Shown here piece after piece: positions 1 through 9,629 of a DNA stretch of 64,000 bases; positions within the stretch are counted from its first letter, which is position 1; each line of letters begins with the position of its first letter. A model generated the notes under the pieces. It worked only from the letters and a program-made list of their open reading frames with translations. It was not told the DNA's origin and did no database searches. The translations under genes and the position numbers were made by a program. Source of the stretch: Bacteroidota bacterium (GTDB lineage: Bacteria; Bacteroidota; Bacteroidia; Chitinophagales; LD1); assembly GCA_018267365.1 (NCBI GenBank), contig JAFDYQ010000014.1, positions 10,897-74,896 on the forward strand. Reading direction: 5' to 3'.

Positions 1-1
1 T

Positions 2-1243
2 ATGGGCAAGATACCTGACCTTCACCTCGCTCAGGTGGCACAGGCAGCTATAGGGCCCAGCAGTATTTTCTACTCCGTACTTTTTATGATCGGCTTTGCC
101 TATACGCGGGGCACGCAGATCCTCATAGCGCGAAAGATGGGAGAGGGTAAGCCCAGGGAGGTAGGAGAGATAGCGGACAACGCCATCGCGGTCATGCTGG
201 TCTCTTCGCTCATCCTCTTTATACTGGTGCAGTTATTTGCTACCCACATGCTGCACTGGATGATGCAGGATGAGGAGGTAGTGGCAGCCAGTGAGACCTT
301 CCTGCGCTATCGTATATGGGGGGTGATGGCCAGTTTTACCAGTTGCGTCTTTATTTCTTTTTACTCCGGTATCGGGCGTACCCGTATCCTCACCGCCTCC
401 ATAGGCCTGATGGTAGTGATCAATATTATCCTGAACTATCTGCTGGTCTATGGCAAACTGGGCCTGCCGGCCATGGGGATCGGTGGCTCCGGACTGGCAT
501 CGTCTATAGCCGAGTGGCTGTCAGTGGTGATACTGGTGATCGGCGTTTTCTTTCGCCACAGGCGGCGGGATTTCAACCTGTTTAATATCCGACGGCTGCA
601 CTTCCCGCTCATAGGCAATATGACCAAAGTGGCAGTGCCGCTCGTGATCCAATCTGCTATAGCCAATGGTGCCTGGTTTGTACTCTTCACCTTTATAGAG
701 AAAATGGGGCAGGACAAACTAGCCATCTCCAGTATTCTGCGTCAGTTGATCATCTTCGTAGGCGTACCGGTCTGGGCGCTGGGCTCTGTGACCAATACGG
801 TAGTGAGCAACCTATCGGCGCAAAATGATCTCGACGAGATCAAAGTGGCCATTCATCGTATCAGCATTATCAGCATCGGTCTGGTGACTGCCCAGTGCCT
901 GCTGCTGGCCCTCATGCCGCGGGATATCCTCTATATCTTTACCAATAGCAAAGAACTGATAGAGCAGTCTGTGCCTATCCTCTGGATCGTAATAGTAGCC
1001 TTGCTCATGATGTCTTTTACGGTCATATTCTTCAACGGTGTGGTATCAGTAGGGGAGACCACGCACGAGGCGCTGTACATAGAGATACTGGCGGTGATCG
1101 TGTACTTTGGTTACTTCTATGGCCTGTTCCATATTAATAATATCTCGCTCTCCTACATCTGGACAGCAGAGTGGGTCTACTGGCTGGTCATGCTGGCTGG
1201 CAGCCTCTTTATGCTGAAGCACAAAAAGGTGCATTTGTTTTAG
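2..1243 (+). CDS. MATE family efflux transporter, probably 5' truncated by the window edge
   Basis: 413 aa polytopic hydrophobic protein with the repeated TM-bundle layout typical of MATE/NorM-type exporters. The ORF is open to the first base of the window. Confidence 0.75.
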   Translation: MGKIPDLHLAQVAQAAIGPSSIFYSVLFMIGFAYTRGTQILIARKMGEGKPREVGEIADNAIAVMLVSSLILFILVQLFATHMLHWMMQDEEVVAASETFLRYRIWGVMASFTSCVFISFYSGIGRTRILTASIGLMVVINIILNYLLVYGKLGLPAMGIGGSGLASSIAEWLSVVILVIGVFFRHRRRDFNLFNIRRLHFPLIGNMTKVAVPLVIQSAIANGAWFVLFTFIEKMGQDKLAISSILRQLIIFVGVPVWALGSVTNTVVSNLSAQNDLDEIKVAIHRISIISIGLVTAQCLLLALMPRDILYIFTNSKELIEQSVPILWIVIVALLMMSFTVIFFNGVVSVGETTHEALYIEILAVIVYFGYFYGLFHINNISLSYIWTAEWVYWLVMLAGSLFMLKHKKVHLF

Positions 1244-1246
1244 TTT

Positions 1247-1804
1247 ATGAAAGAACTTCGCGTTTTCAGAGAGGGCGTATCTCAGCTGCGCTGGATAGAA
1301 GCAGTAGCAGGCTTTACGCGTGGCTGGGTATGGCGTGCAGATTTTGCACGGTGGGCTGACGCAGGATACTTGCCGCAGGATGAGGACGATGAGGTGCTTT
1401 TGTATAATCTATCTGAGGTCCCTTTGGATGAGTTTGGCGCGGGCCTCACTTCGCTGGTCCTTAAATATGACGGTATAAGAATGAGTAAGTGGGATCTGGA
1501 GCCTAGGCTTTCGGCAGCATACCGTGGGGAATATGTCACCGTGCCACTCAGTGCCTGGGATGTGTGGCAGCTTGAGTTTATCCTGCCCGTTATGAACACC
1601 TACGTCTATAAGGATTTTCGTACGCAGCTAGAGGAATTGGACAAAGTGTATTGGCTTAATAACGATATTTTTAAAAATGAGGTTATACAGAGATGTCAGC
1701 CTTATGCAGGTCTCTGGATGCCTACGCGAGAGCAGATAGACTCTATTATTCAGGAGCTACGCGATCGGGTGGCTGCTAGTAGGTATCCCTTGGCTATTAA
1801 ATAA
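1247..1804 (+). CDS. Hypothetical protein (185 aa), no family recognised
   Basis: Clean ORF with an ATG 4 nt after the MATE stop, same strand. The overlapping reverse ORF is shorter and looks low-complexity. Confidence 0.5.
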   Translation: MKELRVFREGVSQLRWIEAVAGFTRGWVWRADFARWADAGYLPQDEDDEVLLYNLSEVPLDEFGAGLTSLVLKYDGIRMSKWDLEPRLSAAYRGEYVTVPLSAWDVWQLEFILPVMNTYVYKDFRTQLEELDKVYWLNNDIFKNEVIQRCQPYAGLWMPTREQIDSIIQELRDRVAASRYPLAIK

Positions 1805-1906
1805 CCCTTGCAGCATTTCACAGACAGTTGTGTATTACTTCGTAGTACTAATCCGCCACTCAGAAAGCCGAATTAATAATTTCACATCAGCATAATCAGA
1901 CCTACA

Positions 1907-2596
1907 GTGGCCGAAGTCATCATCAGATACAATCACGTAGACATCCATCAGAGCTCGGGCCTCATCCTCAGTGATGTGACCTTTGAGATCGAGAAGGGAG
2001 AGTTTGTGTACCTGATAGGCAGGACCGGCACAGGCAAAACGAGCCTGCTCAAAACACTATATGCCGATGTACCCGTCAAAACCGGCGAGGCTACTATCTG
2101 TGGCTTTGATATGACCAATATCAGGAAACGGGATATACCTCTGCTCCGCAGAAAACTGGGCATAGTATTTCAGGACTTCCAGCTACTGAATGACCGGACT
2201 GTAGCGCAAAATCTGGAATTTGTGCTGCGAGCTACCGGATGGGAAAATAAGGATACGATAGGCGCCCGTATCGCGGAGGTAATGACAGAGGTCGGTGTGC
2301 CGGACAAGGGTGGCAAAATGCCATACCAACTATCCGGAGGTGAGCAGCAGCGGGTGGTCATAGCCCGTGCACTCATGAATAACCCTCCTGTGATCATAGC
2401 AGACGAGCCAACTGCAAACCTCGATCCCGAGACGGCAGCTGATATCATGAATCTCCTGATCCGTATCAATCGCGAGCATGACACGGCCATCCTTATGGCC
2501 ACGCACAACTATCAGGTGATAGAGCGCTACCCTGCCAAGATATTTAACTGCCAGAACGGGACGATAGTAGTAGAGAAGGGTATTGTGCTGAAGTGA
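1907..2596 (+). CDS. ftsE: Cell division ATP-binding protein FtsE (ABC ATPase)
   Basis: Walker A GRTGTGKTS, ABC signature LSGGEQQR and Walker B IIADEP. Size (229 aa) and overall sequence match the FtsE pattern. GTG start. Confidence 0.75.
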   Translation: MAEVIIRYNHVDIHQSSGLILSDVTFEIEKGEFVYLIGRTGTGKTSLLKTLYADVPVKTGEATICGFDMTNIRKRDIPLLRRKLGIVFQDFQLLNDRTVAQNLEFVLRATGWENKDTIGARIAEVMTEVGVPDKGGKMPYQLSGGEQQRVVIARALMNNPPVIIADEPTANLDPETAADIMNLLIRINREHDTAILMATHNYQVIERYPAKIFNCQNGTIVVEKGIVLK

Positions 2597-2618
2597 TCCT
2601 TTTATTTTTCTGATCAAA

Positions 2619-3230
2619 TCATAGTGGTACCTGCGCGACCAGTGCGAGTCGGTGCACGACGCTGTGAGGTAATAGCAGTGTACCGGGCGATAGCACAGCA
2701 TTGGCACCTATGCGCACAAAGTCCCCGATCACAGCACCAAATTTTGTGACGCCTGTAGCGTAAATTTCATGGCGATACTTTACCGAGATTCCTTTGTCCG
2801 CACGCTCATTGTAATGGTTTGCTATCACAGCACCCGCCTCTATATTGACATCTGAGCAGACGATGCTATCTCCTATATAGTTGAAATGTGCGGCTGTACT
2901 GCGCGCCAAAATGATAGAGGCTTTTATCTCACAGCCGGGGCCGATGGTCACTCTTTCCCCTAGCCAGACACCGCTGCGCAGGTAGGCGTGGGCTGCGATG
3001 AAGCAGTGAGGACCTATGATCGCAGGACCCTTGATCACCGCTCCATGCTCGATCTTAGCTGTATGGTGAATGGCTACATTATCTTGCTGCTGATAGTCCT
3101 GTCCGAGTGAAGGGAGCTGACTATCTATCCATGTGCTAAGCCCGGCAGTAATATCCCAGGGAGCATCTCCTGCTGGTAAATCAACGGGCCAACCAGCTGT
3201 GAAATCTGATATCGTGAATGGTAAACTCAT
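2619..3230 (-). CDS. Left-handed beta-helix (hexapeptide repeat) acyl/acetyltransferase family protein
   Basis: Repeated [LIV]-G-x-x-x-x hexapeptide periodicity across the C-terminal two thirds (IGPHCFI, IGPGCEI, IGDSIV, IEAGAVI, IGANAVL). Confidence 0.7.
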   Translation of the reverse strand: MSLPFTISDFTAGWPVDLPAGDAPWDITAGLSTWIDSQLPSLGQDYQQQDNVAIHHTAKIEHGAVIKGPAIIGPHCFIAAHAYLRSGVWLGERVTIGPGCEIKASIILARSTAAHFNYIGDSIVCSDVNIEAGAVIANHYNERADKGISVKYRHEIYATGVTKFGAVIGDFVRIGANAVLSPGTLLLPHSVVHRLALVAQVPL

Positions 3231-3315
3231 AGCTGCTGCAAGGTAGGAATACTTTACCGGCAGGTTTATTTTTTATCATATTTGTATACCACCTTCCGGT
3301 AAACCTTCCCCGAGT

Positions 3316-4863
3316 ATGATCAGAGCATTGATCCTTTCTATTTTGGCCCTGAGTGCTGCGGTGCTCAAAGCGCAGCCTCAGTATCCTGACCATATCTATC
3401 CTGATACGGCCTATGCTCCTTTCTACTATGGGGTGGCATCAGGAGATCCGCTACAGGATCGTATCATTATCTGGACAAAGGTCTACATGCCGGATTCTAT
3501 TCAGAGCCCGTCGCCGGTGAAATGGCAGCTGGCCACGGATAGCTTCTTTCAAAATGTGGTGACGGATGGGCTGGCCACTCCCATGCGGGAGCACGACTAT
3601 ACGATCAAAGTAGATGTCCCAGGGCTGATGGCGGGGACTGATTATTTCTATCGTTTTCAGACTGCGGATCGTCACGTATCACAGACAGGCAGGTGCAAAA
3701 CGCTACCGGGTGACAGCGTGCAGCATGTCAAGTTTGCGGTGGTGTCTTGTGCGAGTGTCTGGTCTGGCTATTTCAACGCCTATCGCCGCATAGCAGAGCG
3801 CAGCGATATAGACTTTGTCGTGCATCTGGGAGACTATGTCTATGACTTTGCTGATGAAGAGGAGCTGCGACGCATGCCTGCTGTCTATCCGGTAGATCCC
3901 TCTACGCTGGCACAGTGGCGCGAGCGGCATACCTACTACCTGCTGGACCCGGACCTCCGCGCTGCGCGGCAAAACAAAACCTGGATAGCCGAATGGGATA
4001 ATCACGATACCGACATCAATGGTGGCGATGTGCAGGAGGCCATCCGGGCGTTTTATGAGTATCTGCCCATCCGCGTACCTGATGAGGCTCATCCCGAGCG
4101 TATATACAGGCAGTTTCGCTTTGGCCGGCTGGCAGATCTGGACATGATAGATATGCATCTCTTTCGCGGCAAAGAACAATACGCACCGGGCAAAGGCAGT
4201 GTACTAGGGCTGCAGCAGGATGCCTGGCTCAAGGATAAACTTCTGACCTCGCCTGCCACCTGGCACCTGATAGGCAATCAGGAGATGATGGGTAGCTGGC
4301 TCAGTGAGGGACTGCCGAAGGCTTTTCACGCGCCCGGCAATGGGCACGTCTTTGATCCGGGCAACTGGGATGGCTATCCCGGGGATCGCATGAGGTTATA
4401 CAATTTTATAGATAGCAATCATATCAGCAATGTAGTCGTGCTCACAGGTGATGCACACATGACCTTTGTGATAGACCTGGCCCGCGAGCCGAAGAATAAA
4501 CAGAGCTATGATCGCCGCACCGGTGAGGGCGCAGTGGGAGTGGAGTTTCTGGGGCCGAGTATCACTCGCGGCAATATGAGTGACCGCAAGGTAGTTCCTA
4601 AAGGCAGCATCCCTCTCGTACAGAGCATCAGCAAAAGCATCAATCCGCACCATCGCTGGGTCAACTTTGCCAAACATGGCTACTTCACTCTGGATGTGAC
4701 GTATGACAGGTGTGTGGCAGAGGTCTGGTACTCGCCGATCAAGGTGCACACAGATCAGGAGAAGTTTGGTAAAGGTTTCACCGTACTCAATGGCGTGAGC
4801 CACTGGGAGCGCGCAAAGAATGGCAACGTGAAAAGATCTACCTACCCCGGGGTAAAGAAATAA
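3316..4863 (+). CDS. phoD: Alkaline phosphatase D family (PhoD-like) phosphodiesterase, secreted
   Basis: Signal peptide, then the PhoD N-terminal motif YGVASGDPLQDRIIIWTK. Metallophosphatase motifs HLGDYVYD, WDNHD and LTGDAHM are present. Confidence 0.85.
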   Translation: MIRALILSILALSAAVLKAQPQYPDHIYPDTAYAPFYYGVASGDPLQDRIIIWTKVYMPDSIQSPSPVKWQLATDSFFQNVVTDGLATPMREHDYTIKVDVPGLMAGTDYFYRFQTADRHVSQTGRCKTLPGDSVQHVKFAVVSCASVWSGYFNAYRRIAERSDIDFVVHLGDYVYDFADEEELRRMPAVYPVDPSTLAQWRERHTYYLLDPDLRAARQNKTWIAEWDNHDTDINGGDVQEAIRAFYEYLPIRVPDEAHPERIYRQFRFGRLADLDMIDMHLFRGKEQYAPGKGSVLGLQQDAWLKDKLLTSPATWHLIGNQEMMGSWLSEGLPKAFHAPGNGHVFDPGNWDGYPGDRMRLYNFIDSNHISNVVVLTGDAHMTFVIDLAREPKNKQSYDRRTGEGAVGVEFLGPSITRGNMSDRKVVPKGSIPLVQSISKSINPHHRWVNFAKHGYFTLDVTYDRCVAEVWYSPIKVHTDQEKFGKGFTVLNGVSHWERAKNGNVKRSTYPGVKK

Positions 4864-4865
4864 GC

Positions 4866-6362
4866 TTATCTGGTTATCACCAGTTTGGCAGTCCTGCTTT
4901 GACCGCTCTGGGTCACATGTATATAGTAGCAGCCTGCTGCTACACTGCTCAGGTCATACTGCCTGCGGCGCTCAGTGATATTACTATCAGAAAGTATCAG
5001 GTGGCCCACAGCATCTGATATCTCTATACTGCGGCTGGTACCATCAGTCCATGTGATAGCAAAAGATCCGCTGCTAGGATTGGGATATACATTCATGCCG
5101 GATATAGCTGCGATATCGGCCACACCATCTGCTACCACGGCTACCACGGCAGAGGTACTGCGGCAGCCGCTGCTGTCTATAGTAGCCACCTGATACGAGC
5201 CGCTGCCAGATACCGGGACCACCGGGCCTGTAGCGCCTGCTATGATCGTACCATCATAGTACCACTGGTAAAACTGTGCGGTAGCGGCGGTAGATAGTGT
5301 ATCGCCATACTGTGTGATAGTAGTTTGCTCAGGGCTATTGGCCACCAGCAGGTGGGGGGCGGTGCCGGCAGAGCAGCCGTAGGCGTCAGTCACAGTCACG
5401 CTATAGCTACCCCCGGCGGATACCTGCAGTGCAGGCGTGGTAGCGCCGGTAGACCAGACATAGCTGACTCCGGCAGGCTGGGCCGTCAGCGTCACTGTAT
5501 CTCCGGCACACAGTATAGAGCTGCCGCTCACAGCTACAGCAGGATTGGCCAGTACGGTCATGGTGATAGCCGCACTGGTATCGCGTTTGGGTGTAGCGCA
5601 GGTCGCATTGCTGGTCAGTACGCACCAGACCACCTCGCCATCATGCAGCAGGGTGCCGATATAGGTGGCGGTATTGCTCACATTTACCCCGTTTCGTTTC
5701 CACTGGTATTGCGGGTTGCTGCCGCCATTGACAGATTGTGCGTAGAATGTCACCTGGGTATTCATACAGATCGTGTCACCCATATCTGAGCTGATGGTCA
5801 CATCGGGCTGCACAGGGGGGAGGATCACCATGGTATCACCGCCAGATACGGCAGTGCAGCCCGCAGCATTGGTCACGGTCACATTATATGGACCCGCTAC
5901 GTGGGCATAGATGATACGTGCGGTATCGCCATTGCTCCAGAGGTAGGTATCTCCCGCAGGCGCAGTGAGCCGTACACTATCGCCGGGGCAGCGGTGCAGT
6001 GATCCCTGCACGGTGACAGTAGCCGATGGGAGCGGAGACACCGTCAGGGTAGCAGTAGTATCTGCGCAGGTGGCCGTGGCTACTACTGCATGATAGGAGC
6101 CTGCTACAGTGGGCACATAGGTACTGTCAGTACCCGTACTCACTACGGTCGTATCACTATACCATGTGATCTGCACTACAGAGTCTATACCTGTCAGGTT
6201 CAGCGTATCGGTGCCGGCACAGTTGCTGCCTGTATGGCTGAGTGTCAGGTTAGGGTTGCACTGGGCCGCTGCAGGCGCGATAGCTGATAGCAATAGTACC
6301 ACTATGGCTATGAGGCGGATAGATGATATGCGGACCAGGGCTGAGACAGGAGTTTGAGTCAT
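4866..6362 (-). CDS. Secreted repeat-rich protein with T9SS C-terminal sorting domain
   Basis: Signal peptide. Repeated Ig-like modules follow the pattern C-x-G-D-[ST]-V-x-L-T-A ... Y-x-W-S-x-G ... V-T-V-T-[DN]-A-x-G-C. The C-terminal tail VYPNPSSGSFAITW ... YYIHV ... KLVITR is typical of type A T9SS sorting domains. Confidence 0.8.
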   Translation of the reverse strand: MTQTPVSALVRISSIRLIAIVVLLLSAIAPAAAQCNPNLTLSHTGSNCAGTDTLNLTGIDSVVQITWYSDTTVVSTGTDSTYVPTVAGSYHAVVATATCADTTATLTVSPLPSATVTVQGSLHRCPGDSVRLTAPAGDTYLWSNGDTARIIYAHVAGPYNVTVTNAAGCTAVSGGDTMVILPPVQPDVTISSDMGDTICMNTQVTFYAQSVNGGSNPQYQWKRNGVNVSNTATYIGTLLHDGEVVWCVLTSNATCATPKRDTSAAITMTVLANPAVAVSGSSILCAGDTVTLTAQPAGVSYVWSTGATTPALQVSAGGSYSVTVTDAYGCSAGTAPHLLVANSPEQTTITQYGDTLSTAATAQFYQWYYDGTIIAGATGPVVPVSGSGSYQVATIDSSGCRSTSAVVAVVADGVADIAAISGMNVYPNPSSGSFAITWTDGTSRSIEISDAVGHLILSDSNITERRRQYDLSSVAAGCYYIHVTQSGQSRTAKLVITR

Positions 6363-6435
6363 TATGATGTTATCGTTATGGAAACTTAAAACAACGGTGT
6401 GCTAAAATAGAATTTTTTGCAAGGCGTACAGGCTG

Positions 6436-6443
6436 TATCTTTG
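6436..6443 (+). promoter_or_regulatory. Candidate Bacteroidota -7 promoter box TATCTTTG
   Basis: Exact match to the TAnnTTTG consensus, 43 nt upstream of the ATG at 6487. Confidence 0.45.
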
Positions 6444-6486
6444 CCACAATAGTTAAAACATTCTGCAAAGACCAAAACCAATTTTT

Positions 6487-7239
6487 ATGAAGAAACTATC
6501 AGTGATCCTTTCTGCGCTGGTCATGAGCACCGCTGCAATGGCCCAGGGCACCTATCTGGAGTTTAAAATGAGCTCTGCTGAGGGTATGGGCGGTACGATG
6601 AAAACCTATACACAGGACGGCAATGTACGCACGGAGATGAATATGGTCATGCCGGCCATGCCCGGTGGTGCACTGAGACGCACAGCTTTGATACTGAAGA
6701 GTGACCCCAAGACCTCCTACCTGCTCAATGACGAGCAAAAAACATATACGGTCAATACCATGGGTGACAAAGAGCCATCTATGGCGGATCATACAGACTA
6801 TGAGGTGACCGTGATAGGCAAGGAGAAAGTCAATGGCTATGAGGCTGCCCATGTACGGGTGAAAGCCAAAGGATCTCAGCTGGAGGAGGACCTCTGGACC
6901 AGCCCCGGCGTACTCTCCTATGACAAGTACAAAGCATCTCTAACCAAATACACCTCTGCCAATATGTACAAAGCACTGGCTGCCAAAGGTGCTGATGGGT
7001 TTCCGGTGCGGATAGTAGCCGGGGAGCATGGACGCAATATGCAGATGGATCTGGTGAAGGCTGAGACACGCAGCAATCCGGCCTCACTATTCAGCCTGGC
7101 CGGCTATACCCAAACGGAAGGAGGCTATACCGGCTCTATGCGTGAGGGCGCTCAGAATGCGGTCAACGCCATACAGAATATGACACCTGAGCAGCGGCAG
7201 CAGTGGATAGACAGTATCCGCAGGGCTCACGGCCGCTAA
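6487..7239 (+). CDS. Secreted hypothetical protein (possibly DUF4412-like)
   Basis: Signal peptide MKKLSVILSALVMSTAAMAQ. 250 aa soluble protein bounded by a promoter box and a terminator hairpin. The family assignment is tentative. Confidence 0.65.
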   Translation: MKKLSVILSALVMSTAAMAQGTYLEFKMSSAEGMGGTMKTYTQDGNVRTEMNMVMPAMPGGALRRTALILKSDPKTSYLLNDEQKTYTVNTMGDKEPSMADHTDYEVTVIGKEKVNGYEAAHVRVKAKGSQLEEDLWTSPGVLSYDKYKASLTKYTSANMYKALAAKGADGFPVRIVAGEHGRNMQMDLVKAETRSNPASLFSLAGYTQTEGGYTGSMREGAQNAVNAIQNMTPEQRQQWIDSIRRAHGR

Positions 7240-7240
7240 A

Positions 7241-7274
7241 AAAAAGGTCCTCGCTTTCGCTAAAGGACCTTTTT
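7241..7274. terminator. Bidirectional rho-independent terminator hairpin
   Basis: AAAAAGGTCC ... GGACCTTTTT inverted repeat between convergent genes ending at 7239 and 7346. An A-run and a T-run flank it on both sides. Confidence 0.7.
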
Positions 7275-7345
7275 AAATACAAAACCTCAAACCCTGTCTT
7301 TGGCAGCTAGTGCCTTATCTTGCAGCGGCGCGGGCCGCCATTTTA

Positions 7346-7744
7346 TTATCTCTGTGCGTATACCGGCTGGCTGTAGTCGCGTGCCGCTATAGGGGCCGCC
7401 GCCGTTTTCTCACCTACACGGGCAGGTGTGTTGGTCTTGATCACATAGTTAAAGAACTCTACCTTCTGCTCCAGGCGCTCATGCTCCGTGACCAGTGTGC
7501 CGAAAGTCTTGGTGCCATAGCGGGCTACGGTCTCGTCTGTCACAGGCACATCCAGCGCCAGCAGGAAGCTCAGCTCCACCTTGGTCACCTCGCAAAAGCG
7601 GAGCAGCGTATCTACACGGGGGCTGCCATTGCCCTGCTCCAGAAAGCTATATGCCTGCTGGGTGATCTTCATTGATTCTGCTACTGCGGCTTGCTTCCAG
7701 CCTCTTACTTCCCTTACCTTTCTCATGCGTGATGCGATAGACAT
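7346..7744 (-). CDS. XRE-family helix-turn-helix transcriptional regulator (paralog A)
   Basis: The start is moved to the internal ATG (MSIASRMRKVREVRGWKQAAVAESMKITQQAYSFLEQGNGSPRVDTL...). It has an HTH_XRE pattern and matches the first ~90 residues of the product of 11968..12336 closely by eye. Confidence 0.8.
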   Translation of the reverse strand: MSIASRMRKVREVRGWKQAAVAESMKITQQAYSFLEQGNGSPRVDTLLRFCEVTKVELSFLLALDVPVTDETVARYGTKTFGTLVTEHERLEQKVEFFNYVIKTNTPARVGEKTAAAPIAARDYSQPVYAQR

Positions 7745-7800
7745 AACTGTATGTTTTAATTGCTTGTTATTAGTATTTGCAGGAGTAAGGGCTAAACACA

Positions 7801-7816
7801 TGCCTTTTTGGCACGG
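7801..7816. promoter_or_regulatory. Operator-like motif TGCC-N5-GGCA plus shared TTTGGCACGG
   Basis: Lies 57 nt upstream of the XRE paralog A start. The same 10-mer, TTTGGCACGG, lies 72 nt upstream of the paralog B start at 12408..12417. Confidence 0.4.
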
Positions 7817-8015
7817 AGCGGCTAGGGAGGAGCTTAATGTATTGAAAGTCAATACAGAGTAATTTTTTGGCTATCAAAGTATATATTGTGATTTACAATG
7901 AAACCATGCCATTTTGGAAGTGCTCATTTCCATTATGTGAAAATGGCAGGTACAGTTTTTGACCTTTGGGCTGGTAGTAAAAAATATTCCCCACCATAAT
8001 GATCCCCCCTCTCAA

Positions 8016-8609
8016 ATGAAAAAATACCATTACTCCATTGCCCTCCTGACTATCAGCGCCATTATTACTGTTACCTTTGCCGCGTGCCAGAATAAGGCTA
8101 TCGGTGATAAAAGGGATATAGAGCAGGTAGATACATCTGCCGTGCTGCCGGTAGACCATGGTACACCTGTACCCGATACCAGTCATATAGGCGGGTATAC
8201 TGATACTGCTAAAACAAGCGCCATGAAAGATACAGCCAACAAAAAACCGCTCGTACTGGTGATAGATAACCTCGAGTCGCCCTCCGCGCCGGTAGAGATA
8301 TCCATCTACTCGCCGAGAGATAGATTTCCCACCGCAGATGGACAGATGAAAAAGTACCGATTCAATCCATCTGGCAAGCAACTCACTGTAGAACTCACCG
8401 ACCTGGACTATGGCCAGTATGCGGTAGCTACCTACCAGGATCTGGATGCAGACGGCCAGATAGGCAAGAATATGATCGGCATACCTACTGATCCCTATGG
8501 CTTTTCTAATAACTATAAGCCTAAGATCAAGGCACCTGCGTTTAAAGATTGCGAATTTGCCTACAATGACCAGTCGGCCCCGGTGAGTATCACTATGATC
8601 AGAAAGTGA
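8016..8609 (+). CDS. DUF2141 domain-containing lipoprotein or secreted protein
   Basis: Internal ATG gives MKKYHYSIALLTISAIITVTFAAC (lipobox-like). The C-terminal motif YAVATYQDLDADGQIGKNMIGIPTDPYGFSNN matches the DUF2141 pattern. Confidence 0.7.
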   Translation: MKKYHYSIALLTISAIITVTFAACQNKAIGDKRDIEQVDTSAVLPVDHGTPVPDTSHIGGYTDTAKTSAMKDTANKKPLVLVIDNLESPSAPVEISIYSPRDRFPTADGQMKKYRFNPSGKQLTVELTDLDYGQYAVATYQDLDADGQIGKNMIGIPTDPYGFSNNYKPKIKAPAFKDCEFAYNDQSAPVSITMIRK

Positions 8610-8686
8610 GCAGGCACAAAGGGCCGGTGTACGGTATACGAGGTGCGCAGAGATTGATTAGTTTAGCCGCTGTCAAAAACGCTAAC

Positions 8687-9562
8687 ATGAAACACCTGCT
8701 CCTGCTCACATTTGTCACACTCAGTCTGCTGTCTGTGGCTGCACAGACCGATACTGCCGGCAGCGCCTCAAAGCCTGCTATAAAACTACAGGAAATAAAC
8801 TATGGAGATGGCAAGGTGCCGTGCCAAGGCTACATAGCATATGATCCCGCTATCAAGACACCACGCCCGGCCATACTCATACTGCCGGAGTGGTGGGGAG
8901 TAAATGAATATCCACGCCAGCGCGCCGTCATGCTGGCCCGGCTGGGGTATGTGGCCATGGTAGTGGACCTCTATGGCCGCGGCAAGGTAGTCACTACGCC
9001 CGGAGATGCCGCTGAGGCATCGGAAAACTTCTATAAAGATCCCTCCAAAGCCAAATCCCGTGTCTCTGCTGCCCTGGCGCGGCTGAAAACTTTTCCCGGT
9101 GTGGATACAAAGAATATCGGTCTGATAGGATACTGCTTTGGCGGGGCTATGGCACTGGACCTGGCGCGGATGGGAGAGGATTTCAAAGGTGTAGTCAGCT
9201 TTCACGGTGGGCTATCAGGTGTGGAGGCTACCAGGGGCAAGGTGAAAAGCAAGATACTGGTCTGCCAGGGCGGGAGTGACAAGTTTGTGACCCCGGCTGA
9301 TATCAAGGCCTTCCGCAAGAATATGGATACTACGGGAGCCATCTATATCTTCAAAACGTACGAAGGTGCACAGCATGCCTTTACCAACCCTAACGCTACT
9401 GAAACAGGCAAAAAGTTTAACCTGCCGATAGCCTACAATGAAAAAGCAGACAAGCAAAGTTGGGAGGAAATGAAAAAGTTCTTTGCAGATGTATTTGCAG
9501 ATAAGAAATCAGGCAGCGAGAAATCTCAGGGCACAGGCGGCACCAAGGCTGGAGGTAAATAA
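8687..9562 (+). CDS. Dienelactone hydrolase family protein, secreted
   Basis: Signal peptide from the internal ATG (MKHLLLLTFVTLSLLSVAAQ). Alpha/beta-hydrolase nucleophile elbow GYCFGG and a C-terminal histidine in YEGAQHAF, as in the DLH family. Confidence 0.8.
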   Translation: MKHLLLLTFVTLSLLSVAAQTDTAGSASKPAIKLQEINYGDGKVPCQGYIAYDPAIKTPRPAILILPEWWGVNEYPRQRAVMLARLGYVAMVVDLYGRGKVVTTPGDAAEASENFYKDPSKAKSRVSAALARLKTFPGVDTKNIGLIGYCFGGAMALDLARMGEDFKGVVSFHGGLSGVEATRGKVKSKILVCQGGSDKFVTPADIKAFRKNMDTTGAIYIFKTYEGAQHAFTNPNATETGKKFNLPIAYNEKADKQSWEEMKKFFADVFADKKSGSEKSQGTGGTKAGGK

Positions 9563-9583
9563 AGGTATACTGCAATAAAAGAA

Positions 9584-9617
9584 AGCAAAAGCCATTCGGT
9601 AGTGAATGGCTTTTGCT
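9584..9617. terminator. Bidirectional rho-independent terminator hairpin
   Basis: 14 bp perfect stem AGCAAAAGCCATTC / GAATGGCTTTTGCT with a 6 nt loop, between convergent genes ending at 9562 and 9630. Confidence 0.75.
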
Positions 9618-9629
9618 TCTTATAAAGGA

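Noticed and set aside
7806-7822. Sigma-54 promoter reading of TTGGCACGG (also at 12407..12423)
   Set aside because: The -24 half fits YTGGCACGR, but the GG-to-GC spacing is 9 nt in one copy and 11 nt in the other, not 10. No TTGCW -12 element is present. An operator for the adjacent XRE paralogs is the better explanation.
7745-7852. N-terminal extensions in the ORF track, such as 7346..7852, 7959.., 8606.., 9630..10256, 28837..30093, 38176..39699, 39802.. and 50754..
   Set aside because: Internal ATG codons give proper signal peptides, lipoboxes or family-typical N-termini, and they remove overlaps with neighbouring genes. The longer versions add non-homologous leader sequence.
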